From positions 92,174 to 156,173 of the forward strand of contig JBMHCD010000005.1 in the NCBI GenBank assembly GCA_049890095.1: DNA of 64,000 nt, in the 5' to 3' direction. Positions 9,995-20,228 of this stretch are shown piece by piece. Each line of letters starts with the position of its first letter. Position 1 is the stretch's first letter. The DNA comes from Flavobacteriales bacterium (GTDB lineage: Bacteria > Bacteroidota > Bacteroidia > Flavobacteriales > UBA7312). Under the pieces are notes generated by a model. That model saw only the letters and a list, made by a program, of their open reading frames with translations, did no database searches and had not been told where the DNA came from. Position numbers and translations under genes: made by a program.

Positions 9995-10798
9995 ATGAAA
10001 AACAAAGTCGTCATCATTACAGGCGCTTCTTCAGGTATAGGCAAAGCTTGTGCTTTAGAATTTGCAAATGGTGGTGCATCTGTTGTTTTAGCAGCTCGTA
10101 ATCAATCTCGTTTGGATTCGGTTGTTGATCAAATAAAATCTACTAAGGGTCAAGCAATTTCTGTGGTTGCCGATGTAAGCAAACAAGAAGATTGTAAAAA
10201 TTTGATAGAAGTAGCAATTGCAAATTTTGGAAAGATTGATGTGCTAGTTAATAATGCCGGAATTTCTATGAGAGCAATTTTAGAAAATACGGAAATATCG
10301 GTTATTGAAAAAGTTATGAAAATCAATTTTTTTGGTACGGTTTATTGTACAAAATATGCTTTGCCTCATCTTCTTAAACAAAAAGGTTCTGTTGTAGGAG
10401 TTTCTTCTATCGCAGGTTACAAGGGGTTGCCAGCTAGAACAGGATATTCAGCTTCCAAATTTGCTATGCAAGGATTTTTAGAATCGCTTCGTTTAGAAAA
10501 TTTGAAAAAAGGATTACACGTGCTGATAGCTTGCCCTGGATTTACGGCTTCTAATATTAGAAATACCGCTTTGGATAAAGATGGTAATGTACAAAGCGAA
10601 AGCCCTAGAAATGAACAAAAAATGATGTCGGCAAAACAGGTTGCTCAATATATCGTTAGAGCAGTTCAAAAACGTCAAAACAGTCTTATATTGACGTTAA
10701 ATGGAAAACTTACTGTATTTTTGAATAAATTTTTTCCAAAGTTAGTAGATAAACTTGTTTACAGTCATTTAAAAAAAGAACCAAACTCACCATTTTAA
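9995..10798 (+). CDS. SDR-family short-chain dehydrogenase/reductase
   Basis: TGASSGIGKA cofactor motif, NNAG, and catalytic YSASK. 267 aa. Confidence 0.9.
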   Translation: MKNKVVIITGASSGIGKACALEFANGGASVVLAARNQSRLDSVVDQIKSTKGQAISVVADVSKQEDCKNLIEVAIANFGKIDVLVNNAGISMRAILENTEISVIEKVMKINFFGTVYCTKYALPHLLKQKGSVVGVSSIAGYKGLPARTGYSASKFAMQGFLESLRLENLKKGLHVLIACPGFTASNIRNTALDKDGNVQSESPRNEQKMMSAKQVAQYIVRAVQKRQNSLILTLNGKLTVFLNKFFPKLVDKLVYSHLKKEPNSPF

Positions 10799-10819
10799 AA
10801 CTTAAATAAAATAAAACCA

Positions 10820-11320
10820 ATGAGAATATTTTTAGTAGGATTCATGGGATGCGGTAAAAGCACCTTAGGAAAAAAACTTGCTCATAGCTTAGATCATAAA
10901 TTTATTGACCTTGATGAATATATAGAGGATGAAGAGGGAAGAACAATTCAGCAAATCTTTGATGAAGATGGAGAAGATTATTTTAGAAAGTTAGAACGTG
11001 TTTATTTACATCGAGTTATTGATGAAGAAAATGTGGTTATTTCTACCGGGGGTGGAACGCCATGCTATTTCGACAATATGGAGCAAATGAACGATTATGG
11101 AAAAACCATATATGTAAATATGCATCCAAAAGCATTGATTCCTAGACTAAAAAATTCAAGTCAATTGCGTCCTTTACTAAAAGGGTTAGAAGGAGTTGAA
11201 TTATTAGACTATATCTACAAAACCTTAAGAGAGCGAGAGTACTATTATAACTCTGCAAAATATATTGTTCCTGGCTTTAATCTAAATGCCAAAAAAATTA
11301 TTGAGTTTTGTGAATTTTAA
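10820..11320 (+). CDS. aroK: shikimate kinase
   Basis: Walker A GFMGCGKST followed by DLD and STGGG motifs. 166 aa. Confidence 0.9.
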   Translation: MRIFLVGFMGCGKSTLGKKLAHSLDHKFIDLDEYIEDEEGRTIQQIFDEDGEDYFRKLERVYLHRVIDEENVVISTGGGTPCYFDNMEQMNDYGKTIYVNMHPKALIPRLKNSSQLRPLLKGLEGVELLDYIYKTLREREYYYNSAKYIVPGFNLNAKKIIEFCEF

Positions 11321-11338
11321 CCTTAAAACCTTTACAAA

Positions 11339-12844
11339 TTGAATGTTCATCATATAAGTAATAAATACCTTAGTTTAGATCAACTTATAGATATTATTTC
11401 GGATAATTATTCTTTAGCATTATCGGAAGAAGCAAAAGAAAAAGTAGTTAGATGTCGTAAATATTTGGATGAAAAAGTAAATCAATCTTCAAAACCTATT
11501 TATGGAATAAACACCGGTTTTGGATCCTTGTGTAACTTTGTTATTTCCGAAAATCAATTAGGAGAATTACAAAAAAACTTGGTGATGTCGCATGCCTGCG
11601 GTATGGGAGAGGAGATACCTTCTTCTGTTGTAAAGTTGATGATTCTTTTAAAAATTCAATCCTTATCATACGGTTATTCTGGAGTTCAGCTTTCTACAGT
11701 AGAACGACTAATAGATTTTTATAATAAAGATATTATTCCTGTTGTGTATCAACAAGGATCGTTGGGGGCTTCAGGTGATTTAGCTCCTCTTGCACATTTA
11801 TCTCTACCATTATTAGGTTTAGGAGAAGTGTTTTACAAAGGAAAGAGAATGGCTTCTTGCGAAATGCTTGAGCAGGAAAGCTGGAAACCTATTCAGTTAA
11901 AATCAAAAGAGGGTTTAGCACTTTTAAATGGAACTCAAATGATGAGTGCTTATGGCTTAGATTGCTTGATTAAAGCCTACAAAATAAATTATTTATCTGA
12001 TTTGATTGGTTCTTTATCTTTGGATGCATTTAATGGTAGGATAGAGCCGTTTAATAATTTGGTCCATGAAATTCGACCGCACAAAGGGCAATTGCAAACG
12101 GCAAAAAACGTAAGGACTTTTTTGGGCGATAGCGAATTGATACAATCAGAAAAAAATTCTGTACAAGATCCCTATTCTTTTCGTTGCATTCCACAAGTTC
12201 ATGGAGCCTCTAAAGATGCTTTAGTTTATGTTCATCAAGTAATACTTACCGAAATAAACTCAGTGACCGACAATCCAAATGTTTTTGTTGAGGAAGATCA
12301 AATTATTTCGGCGGGTAACTTTCATGGTCAGCCATTAGCTTTAGCCTTAGACCATTTGGCACTTGCTTTGTCTGAATTAGGGAATATATCTGAGAGAAGA
12401 ACCTTTCAATTAATTTCTGGACAACGTGGTTTACCGCCTTATTTAGTCTTTAACCCTGGATTAAATTCTGGATTGATGATTCCTCAGTATACGGCTGCCA
12501 GTATTGTTAGTCAGAATAAGCAATATTGTTATCCTGCATCTTCCGATAGTATAGTATCATCCAATGGACAAGAAGACCATGTAAGTATGGGTGCAAATAG
12601 TGCTACCAAAATGTTTAAGGTAGTGCAAAATGTGAACCGTATTTTGGCAATAGAGCTAATGACTAGTTCTCAAGCATTATCATTTAGAGATAAAAATACG
12701 TCTTCTTTTTTAAGTGGATTTTTATCTGACTTTAGACATCATGTTGCTGTTCAGGAAAACGATACCGTTTTGTATGAGGATATGCATTCTGCTTTTGAGT
12801 TTGTAGAGAATTTTTCTGTGAAAAAAGAAGATCTGTTATTTTAG
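11339..12844 (+). CDS. hutH: histidine ammonia-lyase
   Basis: MIO-forming GSLGASGDLAPLAH motif. 501 aa. The apparent start codon is TTG. Confidence 0.95.
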   Translation: MNVHHISNKYLSLDQLIDIISDNYSLALSEEAKEKVVRCRKYLDEKVNQSSKPIYGINTGFGSLCNFVISENQLGELQKNLVMSHACGMGEEIPSSVVKLMILLKIQSLSYGYSGVQLSTVERLIDFYNKDIIPVVYQQGSLGASGDLAPLAHLSLPLLGLGEVFYKGKRMASCEMLEQESWKPIQLKSKEGLALLNGTQMMSAYGLDCLIKAYKINYLSDLIGSLSLDAFNGRIEPFNNLVHEIRPHKGQLQTAKNVRTFLGDSELIQSEKNSVQDPYSFRCIPQVHGASKDALVYVHQVILTEINSVTDNPNVFVEEDQIISAGNFHGQPLALALDHLALALSELGNISERRTFQLISGQRGLPPYLVFNPGLNSGLMIPQYTAASIVSQNKQYCYPASSDSIVSSNGQEDHVSMGANSATKMFKVVQNVNRILAIELMTSSQALSFRDKNTSSFLSGFLSDFRHHVAVQENDTVLYEDMHSAFEFVENFSVKKEDLLF

Positions 12845-13999
12845 CTTTTCACTAACTACGATTACTTTTTTTTGGTTGCAGAGTGTAGTGGCAAACAAAT
12901 AATCCGTTCCGCCGTCTTTTAGCTTTAGCTTTTTTCTTATTTGATCTGTCGTAAGCGGAAAATTTCGTTTAGTAATATTTGCTTTTGAATCGGTTAGGTG
13001 TGGTAATATTTCTTTTTTATTTAACGAGCATACAGCTTTTATTTTAAAAACTCTACCAGGAAAATCTTCCTTTTTTTTATCTGAACTATACAAATGACTG
13101 TGATATTCGAGTTTGTTTAGATTAAATTGCTTGCCAATAGTTTGAAAAGCTCCTGCTTTTAGGATAGCTGCATTAGGTTCGTATAAATAATTGGTAGGCA
13201 TAGCTACATTACATTTTTCTTTTTCTTGCTCGAAATCAAAGGAAAAGGATTCATTTCTTGCTAAGTCTACAGTGTATACATTTGTTTTGCCATTATATTT
13301 TTTATCTAACAGGTACAACACTTCTTTACAATCGTTATTTTTAGAAATAACATGTACTTCTCGAACGAATTTTAGTTTTAGTAAAACTTGTTTAATATCT
13401 AAAAAGGGAGAAGTTTTGATTAAGCAAAGCTTGGAATTATTAGTAATTTGTTTTAGGTGTTGAGTAAGATCAGGAGAGTAGTCTTCTAGTTTGTAAACCC
13501 TATTTTTTTGTATAGTTCTTCTAGATGGATCGATATAAATTAAATCGAATTGTTTATTTTGATTTTTGAGAAATTCTATTCCATCACCCTGAATGGTTAC
13601 AATTGATTTTTTTAGAGTATTAAAATTTTCAGACACAATGTCAAAAAGCTCTTTGTTTAGTTCACAATAATAACTTTTGTTGAAAGCGTTACTAATAAAA
13701 AATGAATCTACTCCAAATCCACCACTTAGGTCGGCAAAGGTGTTTCCGCTTGCAAGTTTGGATTTATAAATTGCAGTTGCCTGAGAAGAGCATTGTTCAA
13801 TTGATATCGACTTAGGATAAATTAGATTTTGATTGGCCCATAAAGGAACTTTCTTTTGAATAACTTTTTTGTTTTTTATCTGGTTGAGTACAAAAGAGCC
13901 ATCAAATCCCTTTTTTTTGGACAAATAAATTATTTGATCGTCATTTAGATTTTTAACTTCATCGATAAAATCTAATATTTTTTGCGACAATTTTATCAT
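12836..13999 (-). CDS. class I SAM-dependent methyltransferase (uncharacterised, long N- and C-terminal extensions)
   Basis: FADLSGGFGVDS (motif I-like) and LIYIDPSRR (motif IV-like). 387 aa. Confidence 0.6.
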   Translation of the reverse strand: MIKLSQKILDFIDEVKNLNDDQIIYLSKKKGFDGSFVLNQIKNKKVIQKKVPLWANQNLIYPKSISIEQCSSQATAIYKSKLASGNTFADLSGGFGVDSFFISNAFNKSYYCELNKELFDIVSENFNTLKKSIVTIQGDGIEFLKNQNKQFDLIYIDPSRRTIQKNRVYKLEDYSPDLTQHLKQITNNSKLCLIKTSPFLDIKQVLLKLKFVREVHVISKNNDCKEVLYLLDKKYNGKTNVYTVDLARNESFSFDFEQEKEKCNVAMPTNYLYEPNAAILKAGAFQTIGKQFNLNKLEYHSHLYSSDKKKEDFPGRVFKIKAVCSLNKKEILPHLTDSKANITKRNFPLTTDQIRKKLKLKDGGTDYLFATTLCNQKKVIVVSEKLK

Positions 14000-15081
14000 C
14001 AGATATTTCTAGTCAGTTTCTGAACAAATTTAAAGTCGTGTAAAAATTCTTTTGCCATAACTCTAAAAATGGTGTAAAAAGGAATAGCCACTAACATTGC
14101 TGTTATACCAAATAGCAGTCCTGCTGAAAATATTACGATAAAAATTTCTAGAGGGTGAGCTTTTACTGAGTTCGAAAAAATGAGTGGCTGAAAAACAAAA
14201 TTATCAATGAGTTGCATAATAACAAAAACGCTTGTTATTTTTAGGGTTAGAGGTATTATCTGGGTATAAAAATCTAAATCTAAGTTGGTAGAAATACCAA
14301 TCGTTATACCAACTGCTGCTCCAATAATAGGGCCTATATAAGGGATAACATTTATAATTCCTGCTAGAAAGCCAATTAAAAAGGCATTTTCTATGCCAAT
14401 TAGTGTAAGACCCAAACTAACAATAAATGTAATGATAACTATTTGTAGACTAATGCCAATAAAATATCGTGTCAACAGACTTTTTGTATTGTTTAGAGCA
14501 GATCTCATTTTTTCTATTTGATCATCTGGAGTAATACTTTCTATTATTGATTCAAAAATGTTCCTTTCTTTTAGAAAGAAGTAGGTGATAAAAAGAATAG
14601 AAAAAATAGAAATAATACTATTGCTTAAAAATTGGATTAAAGAGTTTAAAATATTTGAAGCTTGATTTAGATTAAAAACAGCAGTTAACTCGTTTAGAAG
14701 TGATTTGTTTTTATCAAGTAAATAATTTTCATGTAGCCAATTTTCTACTGACATAATGGGTTCGTTCAATCCTTTTGAAACCTCATTGTAATTGATTGAT
14801 GAAAGAATTTGAGCTTCTTGAATAACCAATGGAGCAAAAAGTCGGAAAAAGCTACTAAAAATAAAAACTAACGCTAAAAGTGTTATCAAACTACGTATCG
14901 ATTTTGGAAGAATTTTGCCTTTAATATTTATCTTCTTTAAAACCTTCATAATAGGTCTTCCGATAAGAGCCAATACTAAAGAAATTATAATATATGCAAC
15001 AAGAGTATTAAGAAAATACACCAGCACAAAAAATATAATTGCCGATATAATAGTTATGGTATTTTTAATCGACTGATTCAT
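13999..15081 (-). CDS. AI-2E family transporter (PerM/YhhT-like permease)
   Basis: Polytopic membrane protein of 360 aa. The IPYIGPIIG motif is typical of the AI-2E/UPF0118 family. Confidence 0.8.
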   Translation of the reverse strand: MNQSIKNTITIISAIIFFVLVYFLNTLVAYIIISLVLALIGRPIMKVLKKINIKGKILPKSIRSLITLLALVFIFSSFFRLFAPLVIQEAQILSSINYNEVSKGLNEPIMSVENWLHENYLLDKNKSLLNELTAVFNLNQASNILNSLIQFLSNSIISIFSILFITYFFLKERNIFESIIESITPDDQIEKMRSALNNTKSLLTRYFIGISLQIVIITFIVSLGLTLIGIENAFLIGFLAGIINVIPYIGPIIGAAVGITIGISTNLDLDFYTQIIPLTLKITSVFVIMQLIDNFVFQPLIFSNSVKAHPLEIFIVIFSAGLLFGITAMLVAIPFYTIFRVMAKEFLHDFKFVQKLTRNI

Positions 15082-15090
15082 GTTGTAAAT

Positions 15091-15747
15091 TTATTTTTTT
15101 TGGTTAGAAAAAACATAGTTTAGGATATTAGCACCCATTTGTAATGCTATTTTTCTAGTTTGTTGGCTATTATTATGTACAATTTGATCTTCCCAACCAT
15201 CTCCTAAATCTGATTCGTAACTATAAAAACAAACAAGATTACCTTCAAAAATTAATCCCAGACCTTGAGAAGCTTTAGCATCATGTTCGTGAATTTTTGG
15301 TAGACCGTTATCGAAGCTAAATTTTTGATGATAGATAGGGTGATCATATGGTAATTCTACAAAATCTAGCTCTGGAAAAACTTTTTTCATTTCTAATCTC
15401 ACAAAGCTATCCATTCCATAATTGTCGTCTATGTGTAAAAAGCCTCCAGCCATTAAATAGGTTCTTAGGTTTTGAGCATCATAATCAGAAAAAATAACAT
15501 TTCCATGCCCTGTCATATAAATAAAAGGATAATTAAATAAATCCGAACTGGATACTTCTACAACTTCGTATTGACTAGAAATATTTGATTTTAATTCCTG
15601 ATTAGCAAATTCGATCAAATTGGTTAATGAAGTAGGGTTAGAATACCAATCTCCACCACCATTGTACTTCAAAACGGCTATTTTATACGATTTTGTGTTG
15701 AAGCTTAAAAATGCAAAACACATTAAAAGAAATAGTATTTTTTTCAT
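15091..15747 (-). CDS. DUF4159-like secreted protein
   Basis: The start is set at MKKILFLLMCFAFLSF (signal peptide). The YNGGGDWYSNPTSL motif is recalled from DUF4159. Its ATG overlaps the rsmE TGA as ATGA. Confidence 0.55.
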   Translation of the reverse strand: MKKILFLLMCFAFLSFNTKSYKIAVLKYNGGGDWYSNPTSLTNLIEFANQELKSNISSQYEVVEVSSSDLFNYPFIYMTGHGNVIFSDYDAQNLRTYLMAGGFLHIDDNYGMDSFVRLEMKKVFPELDFVELPYDHPIYHQKFSFDNGLPKIHEHDAKASQGLGLIFEGNLVCFYSYESDLGDGWEDQIVHNNSQQTRKIALQMGANILNYVFSNQKK

Positions 15748-16448
15748 TGATTTTGAAGATTTGTAATTAAACATGCTGAAATTGCAGCTGTTTCTGTTCT
15801 TAATCTGCTATTACCTAAACTTATAGATGTAAAGTTATTCTTTTTAGCTAATAAAAGTTCTTTTTCTGTAAAATCTCCTTCAGGACCGATAAGAATAAGA
15901 CAAGATTTTTGATTAAGGTTTTGGTTTTTTAATATCGTTCTTTTGCTATCAAAACAGTTAGCAATAAATCTATTTTCTTGCAGATTAGTTTGTTGAACAA
16001 ATTTATTGTAATCTGTTATTGGATTCAACTTTGGTAGAAAGGCTTTAATAGATTGTTTGCAAGCAGACACAAGAATTTTATTTAGCCGTTCAATTTTAAT
16101 TACTTTTCTTTCCGAACGATCACAAAGTAATGGAGTTATTTCATCTATGCCTATTTCTGTTGCTTTTTCTAAAAACCATTCAAATCGATCGATGTTTTTT
16201 GTAGGGGCGATTGCAATATGAATGTAATAGTTAGTTTTATTGAAATCTTTGATATGCTCAATAATTTTAAGTTGACAAGCTTTTTCATTTTGCTCGATTA
16301 TTTGAGCGGTATAAAAACCTCCTTTACCATCAATTAAATTTACTTTATCACCTGTTTGTTTTCTTAAAACTTTTATACAATGACGACTTTCTTCTTTCGA
16401 AAAAGTATAATAATCTGAACTTATATCAGGAGTATAGAATAGTTGCAT
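15744..16448 (-). CDS. rsmE: 16S rRNA (uracil1498-N3)-methyltransferase
   Basis: MQLFY...EESRHCxKVLR N-terminus and the C-terminal GPEGDF...LGxxxLRxETA SPOUT motif. Confidence 0.85.
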   Translation of the reverse strand: MQLFYTPDISSDYYTFSKEESRHCIKVLRKQTGDKVNLIDGKGGFYTAQIIEQNEKACQLKIIEHIKDFNKTNYYIHIAIAPTKNIDRFEWFLEKATEIGIDEITPLLCDRSERKVIKIERLNKILVSACKQSIKAFLPKLNPITDYNKFVQQTNLQENRFIANCFDSKRTILKNQNLNQKSCLILIGPEGDFTEKELLLAKKNNFTSISLGNSRLRTETAAISACLITNLQNQ

Positions 16449-16535
16449 TTATTTTTTTCTGATTTATAAAATTAAAAAAAAACTTGAATTAGGTTTCTTT
16501 TTCTGGATTAACAAAATGCAAAACTAGAAATGCGT

Positions 16536-16543
16536 TAACTTTG
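16536..16543 (+). promoter_or_regulatory. candidate -7 box (TAACTTTG)
   Basis: Exact TAnnTTTG. It overlaps the ORF-track TTG start at 16541 and lies 6 nt upstream of the ATG at 16550. Confidence 0.35.
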
Positions 16544-16549
16544 TCAATT

Positions 16550-17353
16550 ATGTGGTTTAATTATAATGGTACTTTTTTGTCGTCAGCTTCGTTCGATGCT
16601 AATAATAGATCGTTTAAGTATGGAGATGGTTTTTTTGAAAGTATACGATTGTTTAATGGAAAAGCTTTTAATAAAGATAGCCATATTAATAGACTAAAAA
16701 AATCATTATCCATTTTGAAAATGACTTTACCAATCTCTATTGATGAGTTGATAGATTTGGCAGAAAAATTAGTAGAAAAAAATGGTTTGAATAAGGGTTC
16801 TGTTGTTCGAATAAGTTTATTTAGAGAGGGTAAAGGGAAATATACTCCAGTTAGTATGATGGCAAACTATTTTCTTGAATGCTCTAGCGCTAGCTCACAA
16901 TTTGATTTAAATGATGAGGGTTTAAGCTTGTCGATTTTTAAGGATCACTATAAATCAAAAGATAGTTTATCTACAATTAAAACTAATTCTGCAATTATTT
17001 ATGTTTTAGCGTCCATTGCAAAACAGCAATTAGGATATGATGATTTGCTTATCTTGAATGAAGATCAGCAAGTTTTAGAAAGTTCTAATTCTAATTTATT
17101 TGTGGTAAAGAACAATCAGCTTATCAGTCCACCATTAGAAGATGGATGTTTGGATGGTTCTATGCGTTCGTTAATTTCAAGCCATTTTGATCTTTGTTTT
17201 CAATCTCTAACTCTGAATGATCTAAAAAACTGTGAAGAAGTTTTCTTGACCAATTGTAACGGAATAAAATGGGTGAAATCAATACACTCTAATCATTATT
17301 CATATAGATTAATGGCTAATGAAATTAATGAATTTTGTAATCAATTAATTTAG
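16550..17353 (+). CDS. class IV aminotransferase-fold protein (aminodeoxychorismate lyase / D-aa or BCAA aminotransferase-like)
   Basis: The FxYGDGxFE N-terminal motif and the later SNxF and GxxR elements fit fold-type IV PLP enzymes. The start is moved to ATG 16550 because of the promoter box. Confidence 0.7.
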   Translation: MWFNYNGTFLSSASFDANNRSFKYGDGFFESIRLFNGKAFNKDSHINRLKKSLSILKMTLPISIDELIDLAEKLVEKNGLNKGSVVRISLFREGKGKYTPVSMMANYFLECSSASSQFDLNDEGLSLSIFKDHYKSKDSLSTIKTNSAIIYVLASIAKQQLGYDDLLILNEDQQVLESSNSNLFVVKNNQLISPPLEDGCLDGSMRSLISSHFDLCFQSLTLNDLKNCEEVFLTNCNGIKWVKSIHSNHYSYRLMANEINEFCNQLI

Positions 17354-17899
17354 GTTAAAGTCCTTATTCATGTTCGACCATATTGCATAATCTTTTTCTA
17401 GTTTCTTCATGCAGTTTCTCCACATGTTCTTTTCGTTGGAATCCAATGAAATAGTATCCGAATTTGCAACAATCCATGTTTTTGAATCCAGTTCTTGCTC
17501 TAGTTGTCCTGCAGACCAGCCTGAATATCCTGCAAAAAATCGAATTTGATTGGCTTTTACTTTTCCTTCTTCAATTTGATTTTTTAGGGTTTCAAAATCT
17601 CCACTCCAATAAAGATTTTCTGAAATTTTAATGGAATTTTTAATTTGATTTCCTAAGCTGTGAATAAAATATAATCTATTTCTTTCAACAGGACCGCCTA
17701 TATATATGTTAGCGTTTATTTTGGGAAAATGTTCTACAACATCATTAATGGTAAACTCTGTTTTTTTATTAATGATGAAGCCAATAGATTCTTGTTCGTT
17801 ATGACGTGCAATGATAAGCACAGCTAATTTGAAGTTATCATCAGACATGTTAGGTTCTGATATTAATATTCGTCCTTTTTTCGGTTTAAGTTTTTTCAT
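17345..17899 (-). CDS. YqgE/AlgH-family protein (UPF0301)
   Basis: 184 aa. The motifs GxxLISEPxMxDxNFxxxVxLI...GGPV...FxGYSGWxxGQLExE are typical of this family. Confidence 0.8.
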   Translation of the reverse strand: MKKLKPKKGRILISEPNMSDDNFKLAVLIIARHNEQESIGFIINKKTEFTINDVVEHFPKINANIYIGGPVERNRLYFIHSLGNQIKNSIKISENLYWSGDFETLKNQIEEGKVKANQIRFFAGYSGWSAGQLEQELDSKTWIVANSDTISLDSNEKNMWRNCMKKLEKDYAIWSNMNKDFNLN

Positions 17900-17929
17900 A
17901 ATATATGTAACGTATTAATTTTCAAAATG

Positions 17930-18772
17930 TTACAAAATATCGTCTAATTTAAAAGTTTTATCTAGCACAACTCCTTTTTCGCTATATTTTACGGTACAAC
18001 ATTCATTATAATTATCGTGTTGTAGGTAAATAATGTAATTTTTATCGGCAGCATTTTTAAGAAATATTTCTTTTTCTTTTAAAGTGAGTAATGGCCTGGT
18101 ATCGTAACCCATAACATAAGGAAGTGGGATATGACCAGTGCTAGGAAGTAAGTCGGCAGCAAAAACAATAGTTTTGTCTTTATATTTAATGTGTGGGATC
18201 ATTTGAGCTTCTGTATGTCCATCAACAAATAAAGTAGATATATTTGGTGCTAAATGTTGATTTTTTTCGATAAAATTTAAATGACCACTTTCTTCAATAG
18301 GTAAAATATTTTCTTTTAAAAAAGATGCTTTTTCTCTATTGTTCGGTTCTTTAGCCCAATTCCAATGTTCTTGGTTGCTCCAGTATTTAGCATTTTTGAA
18401 TGCCATTTCGAAACCAGACCTATCTTTATTCCAAATTACACTACCACCACAATGATCGAAATGTAGGTGCGTTAAAAAAACATCAGTTATGTCATCTGGA
18501 ACAAAACCATTACTTTTGAGAGAGTTGTTCAGATTTACATCGCCATGTAGGTAATAATGTCTTAGAAAACGATCATCTTGTTTGTTGCCAATTCCATTAT
18601 CAATTAATATTAGCCTGTCTCCATCTTCAATTAGTAAAGATCTCATAGCCCAAGGGCAAAGGTTTTTTTCGTCAGCAGGATTTGTTTTACTCCATAAAAC
18701 TTTAGGGACAACGCCAAACATAGCACCTCCATCTAATTTAAAATAACCGGTTTCTATTGTATACAAATTCAT
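17930..18772 (-). CDS. MBL-fold metallo-hydrolase
   Basis: THLHFDHCGG metal-binding motif. 280 aa. Confidence 0.8.
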   Translation of the reverse strand: MNLYTIETGYFKLDGGAMFGVVPKVLWSKTNPADEKNLCPWAMRSLLIEDGDRLILIDNGIGNKQDDRFLRHYYLHGDVNLNNSLKSNGFVPDDITDVFLTHLHFDHCGGSVIWNKDRSGFEMAFKNAKYWSNQEHWNWAKEPNNREKASFLKENILPIEESGHLNFIEKNQHLAPNISTLFVDGHTEAQMIPHIKYKDKTIVFAADLLPSTGHIPLPYVMGYDTRPLLTLKEKEIFLKNAADKNYIIYLQHDNYNECCTVKYSEKGVVLDKTFKLDDIL

Positions 18773-18792
18773 GTTGAAAAGTTTAATAAGCT

Positions 18793-18800
18793 CAAAGGTA
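18793..18800 (-). promoter_or_regulatory. candidate -7 box (TACCTTTG) for the MBL hydrolase gene
   Basis: Exact TAnnTTTG on the minus strand, 20 nt upstream of the ATG at 18772. Confidence 0.3.
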
Positions 18801-18845
18801 TAAAATGTCTTTATATCTATATTTTAGAATTCAATATTATTTATT

Positions 18846-20192
18846 TTGAAAATACATTTAATTGCAATAGGTGGGAGTGCTATGCATAATATGGCAATAG
18901 CTCTTCATTTAAAAGGGTTTGAAGTTAGTGGGTCGGACGATGCTATTTTTGATCCATCAAAATCTAGATTAGCGAAACATGGGCTATTACCATCCGAAAT
19001 GGGGTGGTTTGTAGAAAAAATTGATTCATCTTTGGATGTAGTGATTTTAGGAATGCATGCCAGAGAGGATAATCCTGAGTTGCAAAAAGCTAGAGAATTA
19101 CAGATTCCAATTTATTCTTACCCAGAATATATTTATCATCAATCGATAGATAAAAAGCGAGTAGTAATTGGTGGAAGTCATGGTAAAACCTCAATTACTG
19201 CTATGATACTTCATGTTCTAAACGATTTAAAAATTGATTGTGATTACATGGTTGGTGCTCAGCTTAAAGGTTTCGATACTATGGTAAAACTTACAAAAGA
19301 GTCAGACATTATAATTTTGGAAGGAGATGAGTATTTATCTTCACCAATTGATAGGCGACCAAAGTTTCATTGGTATAAGCCACATATTGCCGTTTTGAGT
19401 GGTATTGCATGGGATCATGTTAATGTTTTCCCAACTTTTGAAAACTATGTAGATCAGTTTAGAATTTTTAAGAATCATGTTAAAGAAAAATTATTTTTTT
19501 ATGAAAATGATTCGGAGCTAAGCTTATTAGCAAAAGAGCAAAGTAATTGTCAACTAGTTCCGTATTCGGCACCAAATTATATTATAAATAATGGCAAAAC
19601 TTATATACAACACGACAAGGATTTAATTGGATTAAAAATTTTTGGAGAACACAATTTGCAAAATTGTAACGCTGCACGTTTAGTTTGTAATAGCTTAGGG
19701 GTAAATGATTTAGATTTTTATATTTCCATTTCTTCTTTTGGGGGTGCTTCTAAGCGACTGGAGCTTGTTAAAGAAGGAGTTTCAACTGCAGTTTATAAAG
19801 ATTTTGCTCATTCTCCGTCAAAATTAAAAGCAACTTCAATGGCTATGAAAAAGCAGTTTTCTGATAGAAAGTTGATTGCTTGTATGGAATTACACACTTA
19901 TTCTAGCCTTAATGTTGAATTTTTAACACAATATCGAGGATGCATGAATAGTCCTGATGTGGCTATCGTCTATTTTAGTGAAGATGCTATAAAGCACAAA
20001 AAATTAGAAATGATTAGTAAACAACAGGTTCTTGAATCATTTGATAGAGATGATTTAGTTGTTTTTTCTAATTCTTCTAAACTTCTGGATTATTTAAAAT
20101 CTTTAGATTGGGATAATGCAAATTTATTAATGATGAGTTCAGGAAATTTTGGAGGTATATCTATTGAAGATTTGAGTGATCATATTTTATAA
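18846..20192 (+). CDS. mpl: UDP-N-acetylmuramate:L-alanyl-gamma-D-glutamyl-meso-diaminopimelate ligase (murein peptide ligase)
   Basis: Mur-ligase architecture. The N-terminus IHLIAIGGSAMHNMA resembles Mpl/MurC, followed by GSHGKTS (P-loop) and DEYxSS. 448 aa. TTG start. Confidence 0.8.
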   Translation: MKIHLIAIGGSAMHNMAIALHLKGFEVSGSDDAIFDPSKSRLAKHGLLPSEMGWFVEKIDSSLDVVILGMHAREDNPELQKARELQIPIYSYPEYIYHQSIDKKRVVIGGSHGKTSITAMILHVLNDLKIDCDYMVGAQLKGFDTMVKLTKESDIIILEGDEYLSSPIDRRPKFHWYKPHIAVLSGIAWDHVNVFPTFENYVDQFRIFKNHVKEKLFFYENDSELSLLAKEQSNCQLVPYSAPNYIINNGKTYIQHDKDLIGLKIFGEHNLQNCNAARLVCNSLGVNDLDFYISISSFGGASKRLELVKEGVSTAVYKDFAHSPSKLKATSMAMKKQFSDRKLIACMELHTYSSLNVEFLTQYRGCMNSPDVAIVYFSEDAIKHKKLEMISKQQVLESFDRDDLVVFSNSSKLLDYLKSLDWDNANLLMMSSGNFGGISIEDLSDHIL

Positions 20193-20195
20193 ATC

Positions 20196-20228
20196 AAAAA
20201 AAAAGCCCTATTGAAAGGGCTTTTTTTT
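20196..20228. terminator. bidirectional intrinsic terminator between convergent mpl and rho
   Basis: A9, then AGCCCT-ATTGAA-AGGGCT, then T8: a perfect 6-bp GC-rich stem flanked by A and T runs. Confidence 0.7.
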
